Assembly (NCBI RefSeq): GCF_001194135.2
Contig: NC_068987.1
Location: 38,666,641-38,730,640, forward strand
Reading direction: 5' to 3'
Source of the DNA: Octopus bimaculoides
Lineage: Eukaryota
Length of the DNA stretch: 64,000 nt
In this document: positions 53,348-64,000 of the stretch, piece by piece
Position numbering within the stretch: the first letter of the stretch is position 1
Layout: each line of letters opens with the position of its first letter
The notes under the pieces: generated by a model
What the model was told of the DNA's origin: nothing
Seen by the model: the letters and a program-made list of their open reading frames with translations, nothing else
Database searches by the model: none
Translations under genes and position numbers: made by a program

Positions 53348-54132
53348 NNNNNNNNNNNNNNNNNNNNNNNNNNNNNNNNNNNNNNNNNNNNNNNNNNNNN
53401 NNNNNNNNNNNNNNNNNNNNNNNNNNNNNNNNNNNNNNNNNNNNNNNNNNNNNNNNNNNNNNNNNNNNNNNNNNNNNNNNNNNNNNNNNNNNNNNNNNNN
53501 NNNNNNNNNNNNNNNNNNNNNNNNNNNNNNNNNNNNNNNNNNNNNNNNNNNNNNNNNNNNNNNNNNNNNNNNNNNNNNNNNNNNNNNNNNNNNNNNNNNN
53601 NNNNNNNNNNNNNNNNNNNNNNNNNNNNNNNNNNNNNNNNNNNNNNNNNNNNNNNNNNNNNNNNNNNNNNNNNNNNNNNNNNNNNNNNNNNNNNNNNNNN
53701 NNNNNNNNNNNNNNNNNNNNNNNNNNNNNNNNNNNNNNNNNNNNNNNNNNNNNNNNNNNNNNNNNNNNNNNNNNNNNNNNNNNNNNNNNNNNNNNNNNNN
53801 NNNNNNNNNNNNNNNNNNNNNNNNNNNNNNNNNNNNNNNNNNNNNNNNNNNNNNNNNNNNNNNNNNNNNNNNNNNNNNNNNNNNNNNNNNNNNNNNNNNN
53901 NNNNNNNNNNNNNNNNNNNNNNNNNNNNNNNNNNNNNNNNNNNNNNNNNNNNNNNNNNNNNNNNNNNNNNNNNNNNNNNNNNNNNNNNNNNNNNNNNNNN
54001 NNNNNNNNNNNNNNNNNNNNNNNNNNNNNNNNNNNNNNNNNNNNNNNNNNNNNNNNNNNNNNNNNNNNNNNNNNNNNNNNNNNNNNNNNNNNNNNNATCC
54101 CTAGTATACACACACACACACACACACGCACG

Positions 54133-54163
<31 letters not shown>

Positions 54164-54179
54164 ACACACACACACACAA

Positions 54180-54540
54180 ATTCATCCATCCTTCTCTGTC
54201 CACTATTCCTGAGAAGGTACAGTGGGTAGAGTCCTCCGACACGCCCTCTATAAGGATTTCCGAGAGTAACCAACTGAGACTATGGACATTATCCAACCCT
54301 TTCGTTCTTTTTCTACCCCTAGGGCTTCTGCCAGTTGGCACGGATTGAAAAATTCGTTTTGTGATTCTTTGCAGTGACATTCTAATCACATATTCGTAGT
54401 ACTGGAGCTGCGGAAAGGAGCGACTCAGCCTGGAGAGACCCCGCCTGATCTTTGAACTATGTACCTTGTTGAGTAACATTATTGCGGTGATGCTTAGGTG
54501 GAATTACATATCGGCCTCTTGTATTCGTGATCGTACTCTT
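54180..54540 (-). mobile_element. RTE-type LINE 3' fragment
   Basis: QLQYYEYVIRMSLQRITKRIFQSVPTGRSPRGRKRTKGLDNV..LSW. Confidence 0.7.
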
Positions 54541-54595
54541 TCGGTTATTGCCCAACGTTTATATGTGTGCGTGTGTGTAGATAGATAGTTAGATC

Positions 54596-54664
<69 letters not shown>

Positions 54665-54885
54665 CCATAAATAAATATAAAGTGGGTGAAAAGACGCTAT
54701 TGCAGGCCTAGGATTGGAATTATCTTTCAGACTGATCAAAGTTTTAAATTCCAATTTCAAATCAGAGTAAAGTAGTCCAGTAGAACAAGAGTTGGTTACA
54801 AAAAGTAGAGTTCAAGCGAGTAATAAAGAGAACTGGTAGAAAACCAATTCCAGATGATAGGGATCCATCTATAATTGTTGTGGTT

Positions 54886-55270
54886 GTTGTTGGCCCTCCG
54901 TCGCTTACGACGTCGAAGGTTCCAGTTGATCCGATCAACGGAACAGCCTGCTCGTGAAATTAACGTGCAAGTGGCTGAGCACTCTACAGAAACGTCTACC
55001 CTTAACGTAGTTCTCGGGGATATTCAGTGTGACACAGTGTGACAAGGCTGGCCCTTTGAAATACGGGTACAACAGAAACAGGAAGAAAGAGTGAGAGAAA
55101 GTTGTGGTGAAAGAGTACAGTAGGGTTCACCATCATCTCCTGCCGGAGCCTCGTGGAGCTTTAGGTGTTTTCGCTCAATAAACACTCACAACGTCCGGTC
55201 TGGGAATCGAAACCGCGATCTTATGACCGCAAGTCCGCTGCCCTAACCACTGGGCCATTGCGCTTCCACA
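54886..55270 (-). mobile_element. tRNA-derived SINE
   Basis: Head gtggaagcgcaatggcccagtggttagggc...ggtttcgattcc (A/B boxes) followed by a non-tRNA body and an (ACA)-type tail. Confidence 0.75.
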
Positions 55271-56124
55271 TCTATAATAGATGCTACATATACACATAAC
55301 AGGATGAATATATATAATCTTTACAACTGTTTCAAATATTCGGTGATTGGGTGATGTTATAATGCATATTAAGCAAACTAGTATACATAATGAAGTACTG
55401 CTACGCACAACAAAAAAGTTTTTAAAATATTAATTTACATGATAATTGATATGCGAGGGAATCGCCAAACATATTCTTCTGAAGAATAAATTGTAAATGT
55501 AGTAGTGGTCGGCAACATATTCATGATAAACGTTCATGATTAACAAATGCGTCGATAAAAAAGACAAAAGAAGGAGGACAGTTACTAGTGAAGAAGTGAG
55601 TATAAGGAAAGGAGAAACAACGTGAAGAGAAAAAAGGTTAACGAAAAGTGTGAAGTTGAGTAAGTGGTAAAGAAAAAGAAAACATCGAAAGAAAGGAAAG
55701 AATGAAACACAAATACGAAGCTCATTCGGTCAGTTTGGAAACTTAAACTTACAATGGAAAGGTTGTAAAACTAAACATTGAGGAAGGTGGTAAAGGAAGA
55801 GGTCATCAAAGAAAATCTATAAAAAGAGGGAATAGCATACGACATTTTCCCCCTGCGGTATAAAACAAGCAGAGTAACTTGTTGGTGACTTGGTTTAGTA
55901 TAAGTGTCTTGTGCGTGTAAATAAGAATGAAGCCGTTGGCAAAATATGAATAAAAATAATATAAATAATATAAAAACGGATAAAAACCAAAACCAAAAAT
56001 TATTATATGCCTGAAGTTCCATTCGAATTAAGGTATGTCTATAATTAGCTGAGTCAGTTAAAGCAGCCGATCGCTGGTAAAAAGAAAATGTTTTGTAAAA
56101 TGTATGCCTACAGAATGTGATTAC

Positions 56125-56168
56125 ATCAAACTGTTTATTAAGGAAAGCATTCTTCTAGTGTAATATAT
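56125..56168 (-). pseudogene. Probable 3' half of the same decayed repeat exon (IYYTRRMLSLINSL)
   Basis: Continues the 57794-57916 fragment in register (D-I-x-x-A-R-x-x-L position) on the other side of the LINE. Resembles the exon 5 end ARKLLESLNNSL. Followed by gtaatc. Short, so could be chance. Confidence 0.45.
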
Positions 56169-57793
56169 GAATGGATTCTCTACTGTCAATGTTGTTTTTG
56201 TTATTAATATCATTGCCATTACTATCACTTGCTCTAACACCCCAAACCTACCCAGCACCACCACCATCATCATTATCATTATCATTATCGTTTGAGCTGT
56301 TTTTCAGATCTTTGCATCTTATTTGGTATGGAAAGGAAATGTGGATGATAGTACTGCTTCGGAAAGGCACCAGCCTTCAGATACAGATGGATCTTCCAGT
56401 ACCCAGATGGGAAAATGGTGGTCCTGGACGTGAAAAGTAGTAAAGGATATGTCTTTAAATTCTGTGCCCCCGACCAGGACGGGATGGCCGGATTTCTTCA
56501 GGTATCCAAAAGCTTTCCTAGGAATATCCTGCCCTTTAGTGTTAGTGGGCGGTTACAACGCTACGATGGTTGCATATCGAGATTGTGTTGGGTTAGCTGA
56601 TAAGAAAGGTGGACGTAAAAGCCTAGAAAACCGGCTCGGTCGTTGACAACAGATTGACAGGTACTGACTAGATTTCCCGAACGTGACAATATGAACATGG
56701 CAAATAACATCTGGTCATCCAGATCACACCTTAGCAGAGTATTCTGTAGGTCAGTAGATAGGAATAACATAGGGTTGTCCATGATTTAAATTAATCGGCT
56801 ACAGAGACCACACATTTATATGTACGGTCGACCTAGATAAGCTGTATGGGCAGGGACCCAATCACTGGAAACTGAACGCATCTTTTCCGACACGGTAAGT
56901 TTACGGTGACCGTATTAGAGAACAAGTTAAGAGCGAGTTGATGTGAGCATTCGTCAACAAGCGATGGTGGCTACTCCTGAAAAGAGCAATCTGATCAGAA
57001 CAATAAGATTTAGTAAGGACATAGTAGAGAATTCTAGAGTAGAGCAAGAGCTAGTAACACAGCAAAGACGCTAGGAAAGATATGATCGACGTGATGGCGG
57101 CGAGATTAGCTCTTGACCAGTTCTTCAACGCTAAGCACGAAGGCTGTGTTGTCAGAACCAGGACCCATGCTTTCATACATGAGAGAATGAAAGCTCAGAT
57201 TGTACAGGCGCAACATGGAACAAGCTATAATTTGGTTTTCGATGGATCAGAGTGCATGCTATTCAAGTCTAAGTAGGAGTAAGCAGCTTTTCAGTGACAC
57301 TCTGCTCAAAAATTTGGGGTGGATGGTGAACTGTAAACGGAAGTGTCCTTTACCACCGATATTGACGGCCTATTGCGACTCTCGATAGGAATACAGAGTC
57401 CTGCGAAAGGCTGATAACAGCTGGCATAGTTTACCTGGCGAAATTTAATCAGACTTGGTCGGAGACCTCTTGACAGATGTCTAATGCAAATATTAGCAGA
57501 ACTGGAGAATTCTTGATTCTGTAGAAAGATGTATGGTAGTGCTGTTGAGAAAGAACCTAAACAAGGGGGATGTCTAACAACTTCAAGCCGTAACCCTGCT
57601 AAATGTTCGATGATCAGAGTGACTGGACACTTGTCGGGATCATTCAGTATTATGTGTTCGGTTCTTCAATGATCCCCGCTCTCTCCACTTCTGTACATCA
57701 CAACCATAGGGCACACTGCAGATATTAGAAATTTTGAGAGGCATCTGTTGAACTAGGATGTGAGAGATCCGTGTTTGCATAGGACATCACCAA
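56169..57793 (+). mobile_element. Decayed L1/Tx1-like LINE (endonuclease and linker region)
   Basis: VVLDVKSSKG..FKFCAP..FF; RLALDQFFNAKHEGCVVRTR. Lies exactly between the two halves of a pseudo-exon. Confidence 0.6.
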
Positions 57794-57916
57794 TACTGCC
57801 TCGAGTTCAGTCATTGAAACAGTAACACATTCTAGAGTACTTTTTTTCAAAGATTCTTTGCCATTATTTTTTATAATCTCTTTTAATTTTCCTTGGAATC
57901 ATCAGAATATAAACTT
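57794..57916 (-). pseudogene. 5' half of a decayed subtype-B repeat exon (KLKEIIKNNGKESLKKSTLECVTVSMTELEAV)
   Basis: In register with exon 1 (KLNDAMKLKDKITLNKAIRECVIAGFPEMDAD). Frameshifted near the acceptor (catcaag|) and cut off at the edge of a LINE remnant. Confidence 0.65.
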
Positions 57917-58809
57917 CTTGATGTGATAAAATAGCAATAACCTTATGTCATTCATTTGCATAAAATGGAACTCCCTTTAAAACTCAGAAATGAATTAGAA
58001 GTGCAAGGATTTCAAATGAATATAATGATTTCAAGTCCCAAAGTATATTTTTCTAAATATTTTGATATTTACTATCTATTTAGTAGTGCATGCCTGGATA
58101 TGAAATTTCCTCTATTAAGATACATTTCATACTGCTAATCATTTATCTGTTAAATCTTTAGACAACTAGGAACAGTAAGCACACAGTTCTATCAATAATA
58201 AAGTTAAATTTTTTTCATATCGCTCTCAAATACTATTAGAGATTAGTGTAACCCCTAAAATAGCAATTAAAAGCAGGTTTGTAACATAAACTAATGAAGA
58301 AATGCGCCGCTGATGCAGAATCATAATTCATTGAATTATATAATTATGTATTTCATATCATAAATTTTTTTTATAGAACCGAAACATGGATAAAGATACT
58401 GTGATAGCAAGTACGCTAAGTTTCTCATGATAGACTAAAAGTTTCTCATGTGAGATCAAAATGTCTCATGATATGAGCACAAAAAGAAAGAAGATACTTG
58501 CAGACATCTTTCGTTTTTTGCTCAAAGTCAAGTAAATTTTGCTGATCACTGATATCGGGCTTCACACCAGGCCATATTCGATGTTATATTTTGGAAACAT
58601 CGACATTTTAAAAGAGGATGAAGAGCATTGAACTACAATAACTTTATTGGCACAAACACAATATGAAATTTGGAACCCACTAAAACCATTGGGGAATAGA
58701 TTTCTTTTGCAATATACTGAAATACATCTCGTTTGTAATCGCTTGAAGAAGTATTATATATTTACGTGATTGCTATTATATGTTTACGTGATTGAAACAA
58801 AAATCTAAC

Positions 58810-58977
58810 CTCCACGACCATCACTCAAGCTCTCTAGAATATCTTTTGCATCTCGCAAATCAGAATTCAATTCTGGATGACCGGCATCTTCACATTGACT
58901 AATAACTTTCTCCAAAGCAGCCATGTTTCTAGCTTCAATTGCTTTCTGTAATTCTCTACGTAATGTATCTGGAGAAG
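58810..58977 (-). CDS. Repeat exon 4 (subtype A); (A)SPDTLRRELQKAIEARNMAALEKVISQCEDAGHPELNSDLRDAKDILESLSDGRG
   Basis: Acceptor ttcttatatgtag|CT, donor GGAG|gttaga. 168 nt, phase 1-1. Not in the ORF track; translated by hand. Confidence 0.9.
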
Positions 58978-59285
58978 CTACATATAAGAAAACGAAATAG
59001 ATTTGGATTTCATTAGGCCATTAGCATAAAGATAACTTCACCATTCATTTTTAGAATCAAAGCAAAATTTAATAACAAAATTGATAAGCAATTAAAGTAT
59101 ATATTTACAACTACTAGAACTACAGTAATATTCAACGATTGTACGAATTGGAAAGCTTTACGTACATATAATATACGTATACCACCTTTATACAACTTTT
59201 CAATGATTTTTATCACGAAGGAGAAAAAGTCTCGTAAAAATGATGGCATTACTGAGAAAAAATTGCTCAATATCAACTTTCAAAC

Positions 59286-59456
59286 CTTCATATTTTCGTC
59301 GCTCATCCAGTTTGCTTCTGGCATATTCTATATCAGAGTCCAATTCCAGCATTCCAGCAGCAATGCATTTATCAAGAATTTCCTCAATATCTTCTATGTT
59401 GCCTTCCATAACTGCTTTTTGCAGTTCTTCACGAAGGGCGAAAGGGGATAATATTC
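59286..59456 (-). CDS. Repeat exon 3 (subtype B); (G)ILSPFALREELQKAVMEGNIEDIEEILDKCIAAGMLELDSDIEYARSKLDERRKYE
   Basis: Acceptor aatgttttag|GA, donor GAAG|gtttga. 171 nt, phase 1-1. Confidence 0.85.
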
Positions 59457-59696
59457 CTAAAACATTATCCAAGTACATATTGTTTACAATACAGAAATTG
59501 AGAAACAAGAAAATTCCTAAAATGTGTCATATAACAATAATATAATTTTGAAAGGCAAAATCTTAGAAATGGCTTAAAAATTTTTTTTTATGGTTTTAAT
59601 CAGCAGTTAAAAACTGTACTCTGTTTAAACATTACAAGAACTAACTACTGATGAAAGAAATTTATTTAGACATGGAATGTTTAACTCCAGGCTAAC

Positions 59697-59870
59697 CTCC
59701 ACGACCACCTCCGAGACTTTCGAGGGCATCTCTTGCTTTACGGAGGTCAGATGCCAATTCAGGGTATCCGGCTTCCTCACATTCTTGTATGGATTTTTTC
59801 AAATTTTCAGGATCTTTCTTTCTCATGTCTCTTAATAATTGGTTGCGGAGAAAAATTGGAGACTTTTTGT
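59697..59870 (-). CDS. Repeat exon 2 (subtype A); (D)KKSPIFLRNQLLRDMRKKDPENLKKSIQECEEAGYPELASDLRKARDALESLGGGRG
   Basis: Acceptor cttctaacag|AC, donor GGAG|gttagc. 174 nt, phase 1-1. Confidence 0.9.
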
Positions 59871-59949
59871 CTGTTAGAAGAGTGGTTGAGAAAATATCAT
59901 TATGAACTTGCACTGTAGACAAACAGTAAATAATTTCTTCAGGAAATAT

Positions 59950-59954
59950 TCATA

Positions 59955-59990
<36 letters not shown>

Positions 59991-61258
59991 AATGATGATG
60001 ATGATGATGATGCTAACGATTCTGCCAACTCGCCGCCTTGATGGTAATAATAATATTAATAATGATGATGATGATGATGATGCAAATTATCATCATCATT
60101 ACCGAAAGGATGAAAGGCAAAGTCGACCTCGGCGGAATTTGAACTCAGACGCGCTAACGATTCCAAATTTTGGCACAAGGCAAGCAATTTCGGGAAGGGA
60201 TAAGTTGGAGGAATTTCAACCATGTTTCGTGGTCTGCTACCACAACAGCTCCTTTATAGGATCCAGTTAGCTCAAGACATCATCAGGAGGAATCACGTCC
60301 GGTTTCGGCCCCTACTCCTCTACCGTTTTGACGTGGCGGGGCCCTTCCTTTCGGAGCCAGATTAGCTGCCAATTTTCGAATAAGTTTATTGAAAATTTTA
60401 AAATTTGGTACATTACTGTAATTTTTCGAGCTGAATCTCAGGAAAAATTTTAAAATTTTTCTGGAAAAAGTGAAATAAATTATAGAGGTTTAAAATTTGA
60501 TAATTTTTACCCAGTCAGAAAACAGGATTTGGAAGCTGTCATTTTGTGCGTGACTGCACATTTTATCAACATCCTGAAAATTGCACATGTTATCAATTTT
60601 CCGAAAATAGCACGTGTTTTTATATGAAACTGTAAACAAATGAATTATGTACGACATATAACCCCTCATAACTTATTTATTTTTTGGAATTATCAGAAAT
60701 TTGTATTCTAAACGCAAGAATTCATACTATTATGCAAAATGCAAAAAATGGGCATAAACAGCAGTATACAGCGGCAACATGTGGTTTCGCGTAAAATATA
60801 TTTGTCAACACATGTGCATAGAATATATTCCTCTTAGTTGCAAACAAAAGAGTTTTCATGTTTGGTGTGTTACTATGGAAACAGGCATGAATGTGTCTGT
60901 GGCTTACGATTGGCTAAAATTACCCAAAATTTTCAAATTTTAAAAGCTAATAACATTTCAATTATTGATTTATTGCGAAAATAAAACCATATCATTACAC
61001 CCAATATGAAATCAATTCGAGCAGGAATTGAAGAGATTAAATATTTGCAGCCAAATAGAAAAGATCTGATAAGTCGATTATATCGACCCTAGTGCTCAAA
61101 TGATATTTATTTTATCGATCCCGAAAGAATGAAAGGGAGAGTGAACCTCGGCGAAATTTGAACTCAGAAGGTAAAGACGGACGAAATGCCATTAAACAAT
61201 TTGCCCGGCATGCTAACGATTCTGCCAAATCGCCGCCTTGACGGTAATAATAATATCA

Positions 61259-61336
<78 letters not shown>

Positions 61337-61379
61337 CAGCAAATTATCATCATCATCATTACTGCTGTTGCTGCTGCTG

Positions 61380-61448
<69 letters not shown>

Positions 61449-61450
61449 AG
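59950..61450. repeat. (GAT)n and (TAC)n trinucleotide microsatellites attached to SINE ends
   Basis: Direct reading. The window has many other (CA)n, (TA)n, (GA)n and (GATA)n tracts, often at gap edges. Confidence 0.95.
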
Positions 61451-62780
61451 CTAATATCAGAAGAAATTTAAGACTTAACTACATAAACTTAAGTTTTCAT
61501 TTATTTTGTAAAGCATTTATTGAATGTAAGGCTATTTTCGTGTTTTCACTATAGTGTACATAAATATTAACAATATATATTGATGTCAAACATCCGATTA
61601 CCAATTTTAATCACAGTTCTATATGTATCACACGCAGAAACACACACGCACATACATGTATATAGATGCAGAGATACATATTTAAGTTTAATCCATAATG
61701 GTGAGTCCGACAAAATATATTTTGTTTCGCCCGATGGCCCTGTTAAGGACCTTGTAAAACACATACAAACTAGTCATATAGATATGTGTGCGCGTGAGAG
61801 TCTGTGTGTGTGTGCGTGTGTGGGGGGTTGTGTTACACTGGCTTTATCACAGATAATTCTACATTTTAATATCTTTTATTCAATTTCAACTCAACTCTGA
61901 TTCAATAATATCGAGCAATAATTCTGGTGGACTGCCTTATAGCTATATTTCGTATTTTTATTCCAATTACTTGTCCTCATCCTTTTGAATCTTATAAATG
62001 ATTCCGCATAACAACTCCAACTTATCCCTTAGTCAGCTTATCTATCCACTATTATGCGTTATTAATGAATCTTTAGTTTCCTAAATCTGTCAGTTACTAT
62101 CCCTGGCGTGTAATCTGTTGCAATAGATCTAATGAATGAGAGCTAATATGACACTTTGTCTTCACAGTGCCCCTGCTTAGTTGTTTCTCAGATAACAACT
62201 TACTACTTCATTACTACGATATTGTTACCCCTACATATTTATTTAACCAATTCAGCTATGTAGGTTGTTATTCCATTTACACTAAATCTGATGAAATGAT
62301 TGGTTGAAAGTTTCATTTAATATCGTATGGTTTTATGATAATTGATATAATATTTTCAATAATTACCGGCTCGAACTTGACTGGTTAATAAATGTAAAAC
62401 CGTCATCTGCATTCCTTTGTATTACACACACACACAAATACACACACATACACAGACACAGACACACACACACACACACATGCACGCACGCGCGCACACA
62501 CACACACACACACACAAACACATATGTATTATATGTACGCGTGCATATAATATTATATTTATATTATATTTTGTTACATTGACACATCCTCACACCGAAA
62601 TTATTAATTTAGAAAGCTTTGTACAAAATGTATAAGATCGCTGCGATAGCAATGTATTATTGCAAATATAATCATAAAAAACATAAAACAAATAAGATAT
62701 AAATTTTACTCTGTTAATATTTTTAAAATATTAAATTTCTTAATAATGTTTCTTAGTCGGGTTGAAATAATTGTTCTAAC

Positions 62781-62954
62781 CTCCTGTGCCACCACCAAGT
62801 TTATCTGATAGATCTCTGGCTTGTTGTATGTCAGCATCCATTTCGGGAAATCCAGCAATCACACACTCGCGAATGGCTTTATTCAAAGTAATTTTATCTT
62901 TTAATTTCATTGCATCATTTAGTTTTTTCCTTAAGGTTTCTGGACACATTGATC
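62781..62954 (-). CDS. Repeat exon 1 (subtype B) of repeat-array, hillarin-like gene; (G)SMCPETLRKKLNDAMKLKDKITLNKAIRECVIAGFPEMDADIQQARDLSDKLGGGTG
   Basis: Acceptor ttttcatcccgtag|GA, donor GGAG|gttaga. 174 nt, phase 1-1, open frame, matches the repeat consensus. Confidence 0.9.
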
Positions 62955-63862
62955 CTACGGGATGAAAATTAATGAAGATAATCTTTAAAATAATTGGTTG
63001 TTGCAACCTTAATATTTTATTATATTCTTATTATATTCATACTTTATTATATTCTTTTACAAATTTCAGGTATTTGACTGCGGTCGAGTTAGAACACCAA
63101 CATCAAAACGCTATTCGACTATATTGAAACTGGTACTTATTTTCTTTGCTGAAACATTACAATACATAGAGTTGAGAATCAAGCAAAGATACCACAGACA
63201 TACGCACAAATATACAAATAGATAGATAGATAAATTAAGAGAGATATCACAGCCTTCTGTATAGGTCCCGTCTAACAAATTTACTCTCAATGTATTGGTC
63301 AATTCGAGAGTGTAGAAAGCATTTACCACATTTATTACAGTCCTAATGTGCAACCTCATGGTTTCAAGAAAACTTCTTAATCACAAAACTATGCTTTTAC
63401 ATCCCTCCCCCTCTGTATGTCTGTCTATCTATGTATATATATATATATATATATNNNNNNNNNNNNNNNNNNNNNNNNNNNNNNNNNNNNNNNNNNNNNN
63501 NNNNNNNNNNNNNNNNNNNNNNNNNNNNNNNNNNNNNNNNNNNNNNNNNNNNNNNNNNNNNNNNNNNNNNNNNNNNNNNNNNNNNNNNNNNNNNNNNNNN
63601 NNNNNNNNNNNNNNNNNNNNNNNNNNNNNNNNNNNNNNNNNNNNNNNNNNNNNNNNNNNNNNNNNNNNNNNNNNNNNNNNNNNNNNNNNNNNNNNNNNNN
63701 NNNNNNNNNNNNNNNNNNNNNNNNNNNNNNNNNNNNNNNNNNNNNNNNNNNNNNNNNNNNNNNNNNNNNNNNNNNNNNNNNNNNNNNNNNNNNNNNNNNN
63801 NNNNNNNNNNNNNNNNNNNNNNNNNNNNNNNNNNNNNNNNNNNNNNNNNNNNNNNNNNNNNN

Positions 63863-63925
<63 letters not shown>

Positions 63926-64000
63926 TGTATGTATATATTTGTGTGTGTGTTTGTGTTTGTCCTGCCACTATCGCTTGACAACAGAAGTTTACGTCCCCGG

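Larger units (their letters stand above)
6798..63862. other. Assembly gaps: 6798-7491, 17478-17581, 23718-23863, 25557-25726, 36140-36312, 37498-37920, 48240-48768, 49480-49489, 53348-54096, 63455-63862
   Basis: Runs of N. Confidence 1.

Noticed and set aside
55190-55270. tRNA gene
   Set aside because: The A/B boxes continue into a SINE body, and no complete cloverleaf is evident. The same applies to the other SINE heads.
60340-61050. Possible degenerate inverted-repeat DNA element
   Set aside because: Only patchy AT-rich similarity between the ends, with no clear TIR or TSD.
18330-62954. Dscam-like mutually exclusive splicing of the repeat exons
   Set aside because: All exons join in series without a stop, the shortest introns (240 and 308 nt) do not force exclusion, and I found no docking/selector sequences. 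It remains possible but is unsupported.
18330-62954. Tandem cluster of small single-exon genes
   Set aside because: The ORFs lack consistent starts, and the apparent stops (e.g. GG-TAG) are read-through into gttag donor sites.
6720-63981. Long ORFs in the track that consist of X runs or CV/HT/YI/ER/LSIY repeats
   Set aside because: They are artefacts of N gaps and microsatellites.
1-64000. CRISPR arrays, rRNA or prokaryotic operons
   Set aside because: The sequence is eukaryotic intron/TE DNA, with no repeat-spacer array or rRNA-like region.

Overview
AT-rich, microsatellite-dense eukaryotic draft scaffold with 10 N-gaps. The SINE/LINE landscape and microsatellite load look like a cephalopod (Octopus-type) genome; this is inference. 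The main content is the 3' ~50 kb of one large minus-strand gene (CDS pieces 62954->13154; its 5' end lies beyond the window), which the ORF track shows only as scattered fragments. By reading splice sites I reconstruct 17 intact, symmetric phase-1/phase-1 exons of 162-186 nt (ten are exactly 174 nt). Each encodes one copy of a ~58-aa helical repeat (SPxxLRxxLxxAIxxKDxxxLExAIxECxAAGYPELxxD[LI]xxARxxLxxLGGGRG). Three more exons encode a C-terminal domain resembling, from recollection, that of hillarin/LTD-1-like proteins. The spliced CDS in the window is 3602 nt (~1200 codons) with no internal stop. The repeats alternate between two subtypes (A/B). There are two apparent dead repeat exons, one seemingly split by a LINE insertion. 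Downstream of the gene (17-11993) is a nested transposon pile: hAT > Penelope/SINE + Gypsy LTR element > ORF1-only element > MITE. Introns hold many decayed LINE, mariner, Penelope, SINE and MITE pieces.
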